From: Podarcis melisellensis
Taxonomy: Eukaryota
Reading direction: 5' to 3' (one strand)
NCBI GenBank assembly: GCA_964234715.1
Contig: OZ174276.1
Length of the DNA stretch: 64,000 bases
The position numbers and the translations under genes are program-made. The first letter of the stretch is position 1. Every line of letters starts with the position of its first letter. The notes beneath the pieces were generated by a model. The model was not told the origin of the DNA and made no database searches. It was given only the letters and a program-made list of their open reading frames with translations. This document shows positions 44,731 through 56,970 of this stretch, in pieces.

Positions 44731-47700
44731 ATGCTGTCGCTGCCTAGGCTTGGTGGCGTTCTTCCGCTTGCCGCCGCCGCCTCCCTAGGTCTGCGCGCGC
44801 GGCTTAGCTGCGGCCGCGTCGCCATGGCGAAGAGCAAGTTCGAATACGTGCGGGGTTTCGAAGACGAGGCCACGTGCTTGCCCAACTGCTGGGTCGTGGT
44901 CCGGTTGGACGGCCGCGGCTTCCACCGGTAAGCCCCGCTTCAACGATTGGCGGCAGCTTGGTTGCCGCTGGCGACGGCTCAGCCAATGGTGGCGGGAGGA
45001 GGGAGGGGTGGAGAGGTTATGGGCATCGTGCAAGGATAGGGAACCGGTGGTCGGATTTCAGGGTAGCAGCTGCCCTTGGGTATCGGGAGGGCTCCACCCA
45101 GAGGCGGATTGCGGGCGGGGCAGCATCCTTGGGACACAGCTCCTTAGCCAAGACGGCCAGTGTTCGTAATCTGAAGACCACTGTGGGAAGCTTTGGTTTG
45201 GGAGGATTTCTCCGCTGGGAGTGTGCGCATCTATTTATTTCGTAAAAATTCTGGATCCACACGTCCTTCCACAGGGGGGACGTAAGTTTCCCTGCGGGAG
45301 TTGATTACGATGAGGGTTTGCCAAACGTGCCTTCCTCTTAAGCACGTTTTTTTACTCTCCACAATCAAGTGGTGCATAAATTTTATGAAGCTAAGTTCAT
45401 AAAATGTATACACCACTTGATGGCAGGGAAAACCCATCAGAGCACTTTACCCAAAAAAAAAAAGCAATAAAAAGGCACTAAAAAGTTTACAACCATAATT
45501 TAAAACACTGATGATTATAATAATATTTTTTATTTATTTATACCCCACCCATATTGGTGAGAAAGTTAAAACTGCATTAGAATAGACTTAAGACAAATTA
45601 AAACTCATGCAATCTTCCTAAGCATCTAGGTAGGCTTGTCTGAAAAAGATTGTGTTCAGCAGGTGCTGAAAAGAATACAATATGCAGGGAGTTCGTGGGC
45701 CACCCCTCCCTTATTGCATCCACCTATCCGTTTATCTTGTAACTCACAAAACTCACTTCCAGCCATCCCCTGTTGGTAGAACAGATAACAATCAGTATTG
45801 TCATGAATATTTGAAAAGCTGTAATTGTCCTGCTGCTTCTGAATAAGGAAAGGAGGAATGGAAGGTTTTCATCCTGCTTAAAAAGACACTGAGCTATATG
45901 AGTTACAGCTAGGATTCTTAGTAGTGCCTCAGTGGAAGTAGTTTTACTGTTATGTACTGAAGTTCTCACCCTGAGCCAGCAGGGGGATACTGTAGATAGT
46001 TTTCACTTAGGTCCACATATGCAAATAAGGGATTGAAAGTGACATTCAGTGATTGGATTGTTACAGAAAGTGGTTACAGTTGCATTGCAGTGGAGCTCTA
46101 TATAAGCAGGCTGGCTGAACCCTTTAGTTCAGTTCTGTTGTGGTCTGTAAATAAACAAGAGCTGTTTGAAGAATTGCTGTGTCGTCTGATATATTCACAC
46201 ACAACTTAACATTTACCTTCCATTTGGCAAAAATGTGAAGAAGTTACAAAAATCTGCTGTTTTTAATAAATTATAAATTAGTATTGCAACTAAAACACAA
46301 TGGGATCCATATGGGATCCAGTCCAAAATTAAAAAATAAAAACACGCTGATAACCACTTTAATAATTTTGACAAATTCCATTTCTTTGTATTTTTCCCTT
46401 TTTGAAGCTTTGCCGAGCAACATGGTTTTAAGAAGCCTAATGATGATCGCGCTCTTAACTTGATGAACAAGTCTGCACAGACAGTAATGCAAGAATTAGA
46501 GGATATTGTCATTGCCTATGGACAAAGTGATGAATACAGCTTTGTTTTCAAAAAGAAAAGCAACTGGTTTAAGAGAAGAGCAAGGTAACTGGTTTTAGAG
46601 CTTCTCTCTCCTCCCATCCCAACCCAATATTTGCATATCTACTCTTCATACAATATGTTTTAAATATAACCAGTTTGTTTATATTTTATTATATTTTATT
46701 TTTTATTATATTTTATTATGCAGACAATAACTCATAACAATTCTGATTTGGTAAAAAATGGCAGCTTTTTAATAAGTGCTGTGTAAAGGCAAGGGGTGTA
46801 CTATTTATTTTGCTTAAAATTCATTTTCATCTGAAATATAAACATTTGACAGCTGTTGTATGCATGCAACATGCGTTGCTTTTCATAGATTTGGTAATGG
46901 CCTCCTTTCATGTTCATGCAGTAATAATTGTAGAAAACAAAAGAAATGCAACCAAATTGGGAGGTGGAAGGGTTTTGTTGGGGAATTCAGTTCACATGGT
47001 AGGAGAGCAAGTAACGAGGAATGTATACAGATAAGCTTCAATTTGCACATTTTCATTGGTATAGTCTTTCCATTTGGCTTAGTAGGTGGTCATCAGCTGC
47101 TGTTATTAGCATATGATGCAATCAGCCATCCAGTCCTGAGAGTTGACTGAGCACTATTATGTATTATGTATTATGTTCAGCCCGCAAATGGCCAAATTCA
47201 TAGAATCTTCATTTTCTGTTATCCAGTTTTCATATGCATGTGATGCTCTCAACCTCCTGGACTTGGAAAATGTAGGAGTGAATCATACAGATCTGGAAAA
47301 CTCTGAAACATTCAGCCATTAATGGTTTACTGTAAATGTGCCTTTTAGTCTGTTTTACTGCTTCCTGCTAGTGCTGGGAGGAAACAAACCATGATTTTTG
47401 TGTTTTAGGTTTTGTATCTGAACCAGGGATAAAGGTTTCTTTTATTCCCAAGCAAACTGAAGTATAGCCAAGGTTTATTTTTGCCTTACTGGTTATGGTT
47501 TGTCAGAAGAGAACAAGCCATGATCCATGGATTGGATGTAATGCTTAGCCAGGGATTGTGTTTTGTTTCCTTTGTGCACAAGCAGGGAAGAAAGAAGGTG
47601 CTCTCTTGGGCATGATCATGGTAAAATATTAGCCATGGCTTTTGATGGTGCGTGAACAGGGGCATTGAGTCAGATGCATTTTTGCATTACAGAGAGTACT

Positions 47701-49085
47701 CAAGTGTTTATTTATTTGTCAGTGTTGTAGTACTGATGTTATTAACTTTCACTTCCTTTTTATTTTCTGTTTACAAGTAAGTTCATGACTCATGTGGTCT
47801 CCCAGTTTGCCTCCAGCTACGTTTTCTATTGGAAAGATTACTTTAAGGACCAGCCTCTTTTGTATCCACCAGGATTTGATGGGCGTGTTGTGTTATATCC
47901 TAGTGACCAGAATTTAAAGGACTATCTTAGTTGGCGACAAGCTGATTGTAAGCATCTCTTACGCACATGAGAAACCTCCACCATCAGGTTTTTGTGTTTG
48001 TTTGTTTGCATGGGTTTATGGTTGTTGGTCAGTATTGCCTGTAGTTACAGAAAGTTATCCTTCAGCTGGGATATTCCAAGACACATATGGAGAAAGTTAA
48101 AACCTTGGAGAGGTTCCAGTTTTATGCCACAATGGGAGAGGCATTGCTTTCATGTCCTTTCCCCCCTGCATCCCAACGACACCATGAGAAATGCAGACAG
48201 TATTATATTCAATTCTGTAGTATGATGTGAACCCTAGTCAATGAATGTAAAAGGCGCGACAAATAAGATGGACAATCACAGCAACCCATGTTGTTGTTGT
48301 TCTCCCTTCACTGCACACAGCAATTTACTTGCATGTTTTCTTCCACCCACCTTCCCTCACCAATTATCTGGCTACCTGACTAAGTAGTGTTTCCATGAAA
48401 TGGATAGCAGTAGTTTTAGATTGGCTGGATGGTCTACAGAAACACTCATGTTTGATGTGACAAAAAAAACTGCATAGCAGGAAATTTTTATCTATTTTAA
48501 AAACATGTCACAGGAACTGTTGGTAGGATAATAATATATAAAACACTGATAAATACTGAACCAAAATACTGGACTTAGATAAAAAGACATACTGCTATTT
48601 TTACAATATCATGTTCATATAATAGTTACAGGTAGGTAGCCATGTTGGTCTGCCGTAGTGTGCATGCACACAAAAGCTCATGACAAACTTAGCTGGTCTC
48701 TAAGGTGCTACTGGAAGGATATTTTTTTTATATTCATATAATTGTATACAAGTCCTTCAGTAACTACTGCTGTGGCAGAAAGCTTGTTCAATGTGCTTCC
48801 CAATGTAGTCTGATGTTTGTTATTTCATTCCTGCAGGCCACATAAATAATCTCTACAATACAGTATTTTGGACTCTTGTGCAGAGAGGTGGCTTGACACC
48901 TGTACAAGCCCAAAAGCAACTACAGGTATGAAAGTCTTCTTTCAAGATTATGCTAAGTAGTATGTTCACTCATGCTTGAGGTTTTAATGTGCAGGCATTC
49001 AAATTACACAAGTGTGATGGGCAATGAGAATTGGGAGTCTGGATGAGGTTGAAGGGGTTTGTGACACAGTTATCATAGTGCAAGG

Positions 49086-49159
<74 letters not shown>

Positions 49160-50327
49160 TACCTGGGGGCCGGATGCGGCCCAATCATCTTCTCAATCCG
49201 GCCTGCAGACAGTCTGGGAATCAGTGTGTTTTTACATGAATAGAATGTGTCATTTTATTTAAAATGCATCTCTGGGTTATTTGTGGAGCATAGGAATTCG
49301 TTCATTCCCCCACGCCCACAAATATAGTTCGGCTCACCACATGGTCTGAGGGACGGCGGAAAAAGGTTGCTGACCCCTGGGTTAGATTTTTTTAAAAAAA
49401 CTATATCCAATAGCTTTATCTTCCTATCTCCATATTAGTATGAATATAACACTTGTCAAAGTTTAAAAACCAGGTGGAACAAATAAGGATTAACTGTTTG
49501 TCTAAATGCAAGCATTAAAGGAGACTGGTGGGTTGTGTATACTCCATCCTGTCTCCAAATACAGTGCTCAGATCTAGATGGACAGGAGTCAGTGGTTTCA
49601 TATGCCTGTGTGGTGGTGTTTTTATAAGAAAAAAATAATATTTTCTCTTTATCCTTAGGGAACAGTTGCAAGTGACAAGAATGAGATTTTATTTTCTCAG
49701 TTCAGCATTAACTACAATAACGAATCATTGTTGTATAGAAAAGGAACTGTTCTACTTTGGCAAAAGGTAATATAATTTTGACAGATACCTATTTGTGTGT
49801 AGTGCATTTTACAAACTGTTATACAAAATACTTACCGTACTTGGGAGGTAAGTGGTTTTTGACAGTCATACGTGTGCTGATTTTCCAGCTGTGTCTGCTT
49901 TTATAACATTACCACTGTTTAAGATTTAAGCCTAGAAATGTTCTGGTCTTCAGTGAAAAGGATAATTCCTCTGGTAACTTCACTCCTCAAATTTTAAGTA
50001 GTGAAGGTTCAATAGAAGCACATCTGCCACTGAACGACCAGAACTTTACTAGTGATGATTCTAATTTGAGAGTTGTCTCATATTAAAAAAGAAATGAAAC
50101 TGTAATTGCCTTCTAGCCTACTTCAGTTCTGCGATTCTACATTAATCTGTCATCTGTCTTTATAGGTAAATCAAGCCATTAAAAAGAAAATTAAAATTCC
50201 AGAGGAAACTGAAGAGAAGGAAGTTGAAGTGACCCGGCCAAGGACTACAGTAGTTGCTTTGCACTGTGATATCATTGGGGATCAGTTTTGGGACCAGTAT
50301 CCTGAAATCCTAGCTGATGATAGCTGA
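44731..50327 (+). CDS. THG1L: tRNA(His) guanylyltransferase; join(44731-44927, 46408-46584, 47778-47947, 48837-48925, 49659-49766, 50166-50327), 300 aa (269 aa from ATG 44824)
   Basis: [66 protein letters not shown]...INYNN...[16 protein letters not shown]. All GT-AG introns in phase; 903 nt total. Confidence 0.96.
45948..46211 (+). mobile_element. Solo LTR (264 bp) in THG1L intron 1
   Basis: TGTTA...TAACA termini. 5-bp TSD tttac at 45943-45947 and 46212-46216. TATATAA at 46099 and AATAAA at 46150. Confidence 0.9.
48624..48732. mobile_element. Penelope-like element fragment (5'-inverted) in THG1L intron 3
   Basis: gttacaggtaggtagccatgttggtctg joined to gtgtgcatgcacac-aaaagctcat...ggtctctaaggtgctactggaagg. 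10-bp TSD ttcatataat at 48614-48623 and 48733-48742. Family assigned from recalled lizard Penelope termini. Confidence 0.65.
49086..49154. repeat. Compound (GT)n(GA)n microsatellite
   Basis: Directly visible. Confidence 0.98.
49165..49379. mobile_element. hAT-type non-autonomous element (partial)
   Basis: gggccggatgcggccc subterminal motif and the terminus aaaaggttgctgacccctg. Confidence 0.65.
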
Positions 50328-50939
50328 CATTTGCCATCTGGATGTTGGTGTGAAATACTCCATACAGTTTACTCCTCCAAGGACCATGGGAGAAGGATAG
50401 GTGACTGGACCAGAATGGATATTTCAGTAAACTTGTGTGGTGCACTTAAGAAGCCATGTAGTGCTTGTATTCATTTTTATAGTTTCATAGATGTGTGTGT
50501 TTTCCCATCAAAATTATGAGGTGCCTTACAATAATATCATTGTCAGGTTGACAAACTTTTTACTTGAAAAGGAATGCCTTTAATTTAGGCTATGGCCCTC
50601 AAAGGCACTCTACTGGTACAAGTCCCATGAGATTTTGAGCTGCCCATTTAAAACTGAAAACATTTAAACTCTTGCTTCAAATTAAGTTCTATCATCAGGG
50701 AGCCAAGTTACAAATTATCCTAGTTGCTAATGTCTCTGGATTATATGAGTGATAAACAAAATACCCTGGCAAATGGCTGAAACTAATTAGGAAGTCTTCT
50801 CTCAAGTGTAAATTAGTTATGGCTTTTTTGAAAGCTATGGAAACATAATTTCCCTCCGTAATCATACATTTATTGTTTGGACTCTCTCCTTGCTGCTTTA
50901 CTGATTATTAGAGAAGGTCTCGGGTGACCAAACTGGAAT

Positions 50940-50945
50940 AATAAA
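50940..50945 (+). terminator. Candidate THG1L poly(A) signal (alternative at 51468-51473)
   Basis: AATAAA about 610 nt after the stop codon. Usage not verifiable from sequence. Confidence 0.35.
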
Positions 50946-51977
50946 CTTATTGAATAAGGGGGGGCATCACAACAGGATATGTTTGTAGGTCATGCTCTCA
51001 ATTTTCTGCTGCCTGGGAAACTATCCAGTTCCTGCTGTTGAGGATTGTGGCAATCAACTTACTGGAAGTTCTTTACTCTTCAAAAAAAAGTTTGTGTTGC
51101 GCTTCTGCATTCTTTGTGCCGGACCTGTGAAGTAATAAGACCTGTTCCGGGGTGGGGGTGGGGAGATGGAGTGTATCTGATACTTTCTCGGACTATGCAG
51201 AGACTGGAATGATGCATGCTGGGAGATAATAACAAAAGGGTTTTATGTGAAATATTTTGTTAATGTCATTCCATTCCTCAATCTCTGCCTTTCCTGCATT
51301 ATCTTTTAAAGAAGACCAGGTCCCTTAAAGCCTCTTTGAAAAAGAGATAACAATAATCAACCAATTTATCTAAAATGGTGGACATCTTCATTGCTATAGT
51401 TAGGTTAATCATTAAGAAAAACAACCTTCCAAGCAATATGTGTTTAAATTATTGCTGTAATGTTAATAATAAAATTTTGCATTGATTTTTGGAATAATTC
51501 TCTTGTATAGTTCAGGAATCATGTAAGCCAATTCTCTATCACTGGTGCACTCTGCTACCTATCATACATACAAATATCCTCACAAACATGCAAATAGATC
51601 TTTGACTTCAAGGCTTCCATGTTCTACTTTCTCTCCATCATAGGTGGGCAGAGTATCTGGGTGGTTTGATCAAGGAAGTCCAACTCCCAATTAATGCATA
51701 CAACAATAAGCTAATTCGCTAATTTAGAAAGCTGAAATGAAGAGAGCTTGAGGTACTCAGGAACAGATTTGAATGAAGGAGCTGAAGCTCAGCTGAGTTC
51801 TGATGCGCCTACTGTACTCAGCAGCTATGCAGAGGCAACCTGTCCTTTAATTCTAATGTATATATTTTGTACTGTACCCCATTTGGTTGATTGCAGGGTA
51901 CTAGTAAAACACAAAATAGCTTCCACATTCCTGTAGTATGCTCTCCTCTGCTCCAAATTAATCAACAAATGTTTGGC

Positions 51978-52460
51978 TGTCACGAAGCACGCCAGTCAAT
52001 AAATCACAGTTCAACACTGGAGTTAACTCTTTACTAGAGAAATAAGATCTTCATAGACCTAGCTGGGTTTCAGGCCTAATGAGCACAGCAGCTCATGCCC
52101 TGAATCAGTTGCTGAGACTAAAAATCCCCATCTCTCCACAGCTGTCTGTCTCCTCTCTGGGGCTTCTTGCAAGCAATCAGAGACTGTGTCTGCCTGCAGC
52201 CTATCTTTGCTCCACCCGTTTTATCCCTCTCCTGATTCTGGTAGTAAGGGTGGATGGAGCTTACTGCAGCAGGAGGGAGGGACTCTTCACTAGCCTGACT
52301 CACCTCTGCCTCTTGACCTCCCTCCTCCCTTGCCTGCTTCAGCTTCTGCCTGATTCTTCACTTCTCTCTCCCAGCTCACTGAGCTCTGTTACCTCATCAG
52401 CTTCTGACTCCTCATCTTCCTAGTCTCTCCTCCGCGACCACTTTCCATCCCACCACCACT
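51978..52460 (-). mobile_element. Probable LTR remnant between THG1L and LSM11
   Basis: The minus strand ends ...agtaaagagttaact...tgatttattga...cgtgaCA and has a purine-rich gaggagtcagaagctgatgagg body. The other boundary is unclear. Confidence 0.45.
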
Positions 52461-53149
52461 GTTTAGGTTTTGACCCTTCCTCCTTCCTCCCTTGGTTGGT
52501 AGCCCAGCTGGTTCCTCCCACCATTCATCTTGTGTCCAACCAACCAACCAACCATCATTTTATTTGTATGCTGCCTTTCCACAGTTAAAACAATGCTCAA
52601 GGCAGCTTACAATATGAAAAGATTTACATAATTACAAACATAGCAAAGTTGTCATAAAAATAAATGAAATACTGGCTGAGGTTTCAGTGCGGTATTGGGG
52701 TTCATGACCTGCTGTTCACACAGGATCCTTGACCAGTGCAAGTATTTTATTTCCTTTTCTTGGTTTTATTTGCCACCTTTCTTACATCATGGAACTCAGG
52801 GTATGTTTGATTCCCTGAGGGTCTGCTTAGCTTCAACAAGGTGATGCCCCCCTGTACCTCCCAGTTGATATCCTTCAATATATGAATCGACCCTTTTATT
52901 TAAAAAATGAAATGAAATAATGATTTTAAAATAGAAAACGTAGGTGTCAAATACCTGCTATTTTTAACATACCATATACACTTTTAAATGCCAGGAGTGG
53001 GTGTGCCAGATGGCTCCCTGAATTTTGTCAATCTCTTGACTGAATTATAAAGAAGAGGTCTCATTGTTTTCCACCTCTGCAAATAGAATGGTTGCTATAA
53101 GCGACAAAAGAGTATGCTGTAGCAGCTCCTATTTAAGATTATTTCATAT

Positions 53150-54300
53150 GAACTTGGTTAGGCGCCACCCTGAAATCCCGCTACTCTTGAGCAGCAACGC
53201 CGCTTTCGAAGTGCGATTTTTCGCTTCTGGGCACTTCACTTGGGCTCACTGCGGATTCTAAGAAATGTTAGCGCAATTTTCTTTCGCACGACGTAAGACT
53301 TTCTTGCCATATATTATTGCATAGGCATTAAACGCCACTTCTGAGGAAGGTCTGCAGAGAGAACCGTGCAAATCCAGCCAGCCAATGCAGCTTTTCTACG
53401 GGAATCATGGACACTGCAGGAAGTATTAAACGCGCGATGGGGTGTCGGGCGTTATTTCGGATTAACTAACGCCGAGTAAGGAGGGAGATGCGAGGGAATA
53501 ATGTTGCCTGCGTCGGCCAGCGCGGTGGGGGACAAGCGGCAACCGACTGCAGCTACGACTTCCTAGGGCAGCCGATGGATGAAAAGCCCAAAGGCGGTCG
53601 CTAGCCCCAGCGCAGGTGCTGGGAATCTCGCTCCTGGCTGTCTTCCGAGAGCGCCAAGCGGCGCTAAGAAAGGCGGGAAGACGCCTGCGGTGCTGGGGCG
53701 GCCCTTAGCGGCGAGAGCGAGGAGCTGCGGGCGGATCCCTTCCCCGCAGGGCCAGGGAGTCATGGAGGAGGCGGAGGAGGCCGGCGCAGGGCCCAGGCGC
53801 CGGCGCCGCCGCCGCTCGGGCGGCCGCAGCAGCTCGGAGCGCTCGCCCAGCCCCGGGCGCCTGGACGTGAGTTCGCCGCGCTTCGACCCTCTGCTGGCGC
53901 TCTACTCGGAGCGCACGACGCTGCCTTACCCGGCCGCGCCGCACTTCAACAACCTGGCCGAGTACGAGAGCTTCCAGCGCGGCCTGCTCCGCGCTCCGGG
54001 ACGTCAGCGAGGGGCAGCCGGCCGCGGCAGCCGGCCAGCGGGGACCCGCGCCCGGAGCCGAGGCGCCCGGGCCCCCGCCGACCCCGAGCGCATCCAGCGT
54101 CTCCGCAGCCTCATGGTGGCCAAGGAGCCCGAGCGAGAAGAGGCCGAGCGCGCCAGGCAGCAGCGGGGCAGGAGGGCGCCTCGCAACGTGCTGACCAGGA
54201 TGCCCGGTAAGGGGGAGCTGGGCTGGCTTGTTTCTGAAGAGGAGCATATGCTGTGAACTTCTAGAAGTCGCTGGTCGGCAAGGGAGGGAAATGCACTCTG
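53150..54300. promoter_or_regulatory. LSM11 CpG island / promoter
   Basis: CpG-dense segment over exon 1. CCAAT at 53382. Confidence 0.75.
53762..54206 (+). CDS. LSM11: U7 snRNP-specific Sm-like protein LSm11, exon 1 (remaining exons right of the window)
   Basis: gtcATGg. [15 protein letters not shown]...[34 protein letters not shown]. Phase-1 donor G|GTAAG. Syntenic after THG1L. Confidence 0.93.
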
Positions 54301-56970
54301 CGTATGCTCAGAGGCAGCCCTTTCTTATGACTGGAAAAGGCATTCCGGGGATGGAGCCTCGACGTTGAAAATGGGCCGCTGGCTGGTGGCATTTCACAGT
54401 TTTATGGATGTGACAAGTACACCCGCCTGTGGCCCATGTGCACTGTGATGCACCACGTCCCCCATGTGTTGGTTTGGCTTAGACCCACGTGTGTACGTGT
54501 TGCATGGTCTTGGCACAAGCACTGTGTACATACAGGCAAAACCGCAGAAATAAAAATCTGCATAGCACGCTGATTTCTTTATGTGTTAGTTGGCACTAGC
54601 CTGTGCTGCTATTGCAGTGTTTAAAAAGACACCATTTGGTGTTGTGAAACATACGTTTTAAAACACATGTGCATTCTGGAGTTCTGGCTGGGTATTTGTT
54701 GTTGTTGTGATTATTTTCTTATTAAATTCACTGGTTGCTTTTTTAGGCAGAGTAACTCAAAACGACCTGCAATATATGAAAGACCACCTGCATTGAAACT
54801 GGCCAAAAAAAAGGGGGGGTCCTAAAAGACATTGCTATTTTCAAAAGGCACGATTAAAACTCCATCTATGTGAGGCCATAGATAATTAAGAGCCGAAAGC
54901 ATGGTTTTTTAAAAAAAAGTTTGTGGCTTCATTGTGGGAAGAATGTGTTTTCTTGATTTGGATGTGTGTAGGCTGTAGAGAGGGGGTGAAGTGTTTGGAG
55001 TGATAAAAATATGATATATTTTGAGGCACGAGATCATGGGTGTGGGCAAGAGGGAGAACTGAATAAAGAGGGAGTTCTGGAGAAGCTCTGCAGTGTGTGG
55101 GAAGGTAGGTGCTTTGATAAGAGATTAAGGTGTAAAAACACATTAAGATTATTGGTGTAAGGAATTATGACCTCTTGGTCTGATGTGGAATTTACTTGCT
55201 CATATACTACATATATATCCTGCCTTTCCTCCGAGGATCACAAGATGGTGCATGTGAACCCTGAGAGATAGTGACTAACTGGGCCAAGGTCATGCAGAGA
55301 GCCTCATGGCTGAAGGGGAATATGAACCTGGATCCCCTCAAACAGTGTAACCACCACACCATGCTGGCTTAAATGTAATTGACATTAGGTTGACCAAAAT
55401 GGGTCATAAATGTTGTTCATAACTGGATGTGTGGACATTTAGTTCAGTATATTCCCTCAGGCTGAGTAACAACATGCAAAGAACATTTTGAAATACGTGT
55501 CTGCATAACCATGTTGTTGAGTAACAAGGATGAGAGAACTTTCCACGGCCTTGGGGAACACTCTGGCAAGAACAGTTGCTAAGGGTATTGGGATGCATGA
55601 AATGTTGAGGTGTATTGCCTTAGGGATGTTATCCATGGTGGATATTAGGCCTGGTACTGGTCAGAGCAGGGATGGAAAGCTCAGGTCCCTCTGGGCTCTC
55701 CCCAGATACACCCCTCAATAGCTCTGCTTCACATCCTCCTTGGATGTTTTTCATTGGTTTGGCTGTGTTGTTGAACTTGTATAATGCCTCCTGCTTGCCT
55801 GGGTGTAAGAGAGAGAAGGGTGTGTTGTGTGGCACAAAGGTAATACTCAGATTCATTGCTCCACCCACTCTTGCTTCTGGCCCCACCTACTGCTGGCAGG
55901 TGGCCCCCAGGAGGCTGCCTACTGGACAGGTTGATTTAGACATCAAAGGTCAGGTACTCTGTTCAGTTGCAAAGCAAGAGTGACTGCATCCTAAGGGCCT
56001 CAGCTCAGAGACAGCATGAAGCGAAGACACAATTCTCCTGCCGGGAGATGTAACCAGTCAGGTACTTTCTGCAGCTTGCTATGCCCCCATATCAAACACA
56101 TGTTTTTTTTCCACATTCTGTGGCTTGACATGTATAATACAAAGCAGAAGCCCTGCATTTGGTGACAGACAGGGGGTCTGTTGAGGTCACTTTTATCCCT
56201 CACTCCTCTTGCTTATTTTCTACTTACAGTATCAATTCAAGGAGAGACTAGCCTTTGAGGAAAGGCTCTTTTGCTTCTGAAAAATGCCACTGTCCTAGAT
56301 AAAACAACAGTATGTCCCGCTAGTTATAACAACGGTATGTCCTTTACATTGTTATAATCTAGGTTCTTAACTATCCGTCCTAGGGTTATAAATATAGTGC
56401 AGCGACTCATGATAACATGATGATAGGCAAGTGAATCACAGCTTGAAGTGTGATGATGATTGTTCTGAGATTATGCACGAAATCGTTTTGCAAAACTCCC
56501 ACTTATTTCTGTGGGATCGTGATTTCCATTATGGTTTGGAATACCTGTACCGAGAGTCAGAAGACTGTCAGAAATAAAGTTTACATGCATCTTAATACAG
56601 TAATTAGATATCAAGTCTTAATTGAACAAGTACAGTGTTGTTTGTTATTGATGTGATGAGTTTCCATTTTTCAGGCTAAAGAGTTGAAAAGGCTGACTAG
56701 TTAATTTCACTTAAATAGCAAATAGATGGTATTCCTAACCAAATGTAAAGTGATAACTATGTTCACTGCTTTGGGAACCTTAGGGCCAAAAAGCAGTATA
56801 TAGGGTTGTATGCAGTTGTGTTCCTCCACACACGGAAGGCTTGTTGTTCCAACAGAGAGACTTTGTGAACGGAGAGCAGAGTTTTTTCAAGTTGTTATTT
56901 TATCCTGTCTCAGGCATACAGCCTATTCCACCCCCCCAAAAAAACACACACTTTACAATAGTCTAATGTA

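Noticed and set aside
44731-54206. THG1L next to LSM11 as a functional RNA-end-processing cluster
   Set aside because: Known conserved synteny with separate promoters; no sequence evidence of coupling.
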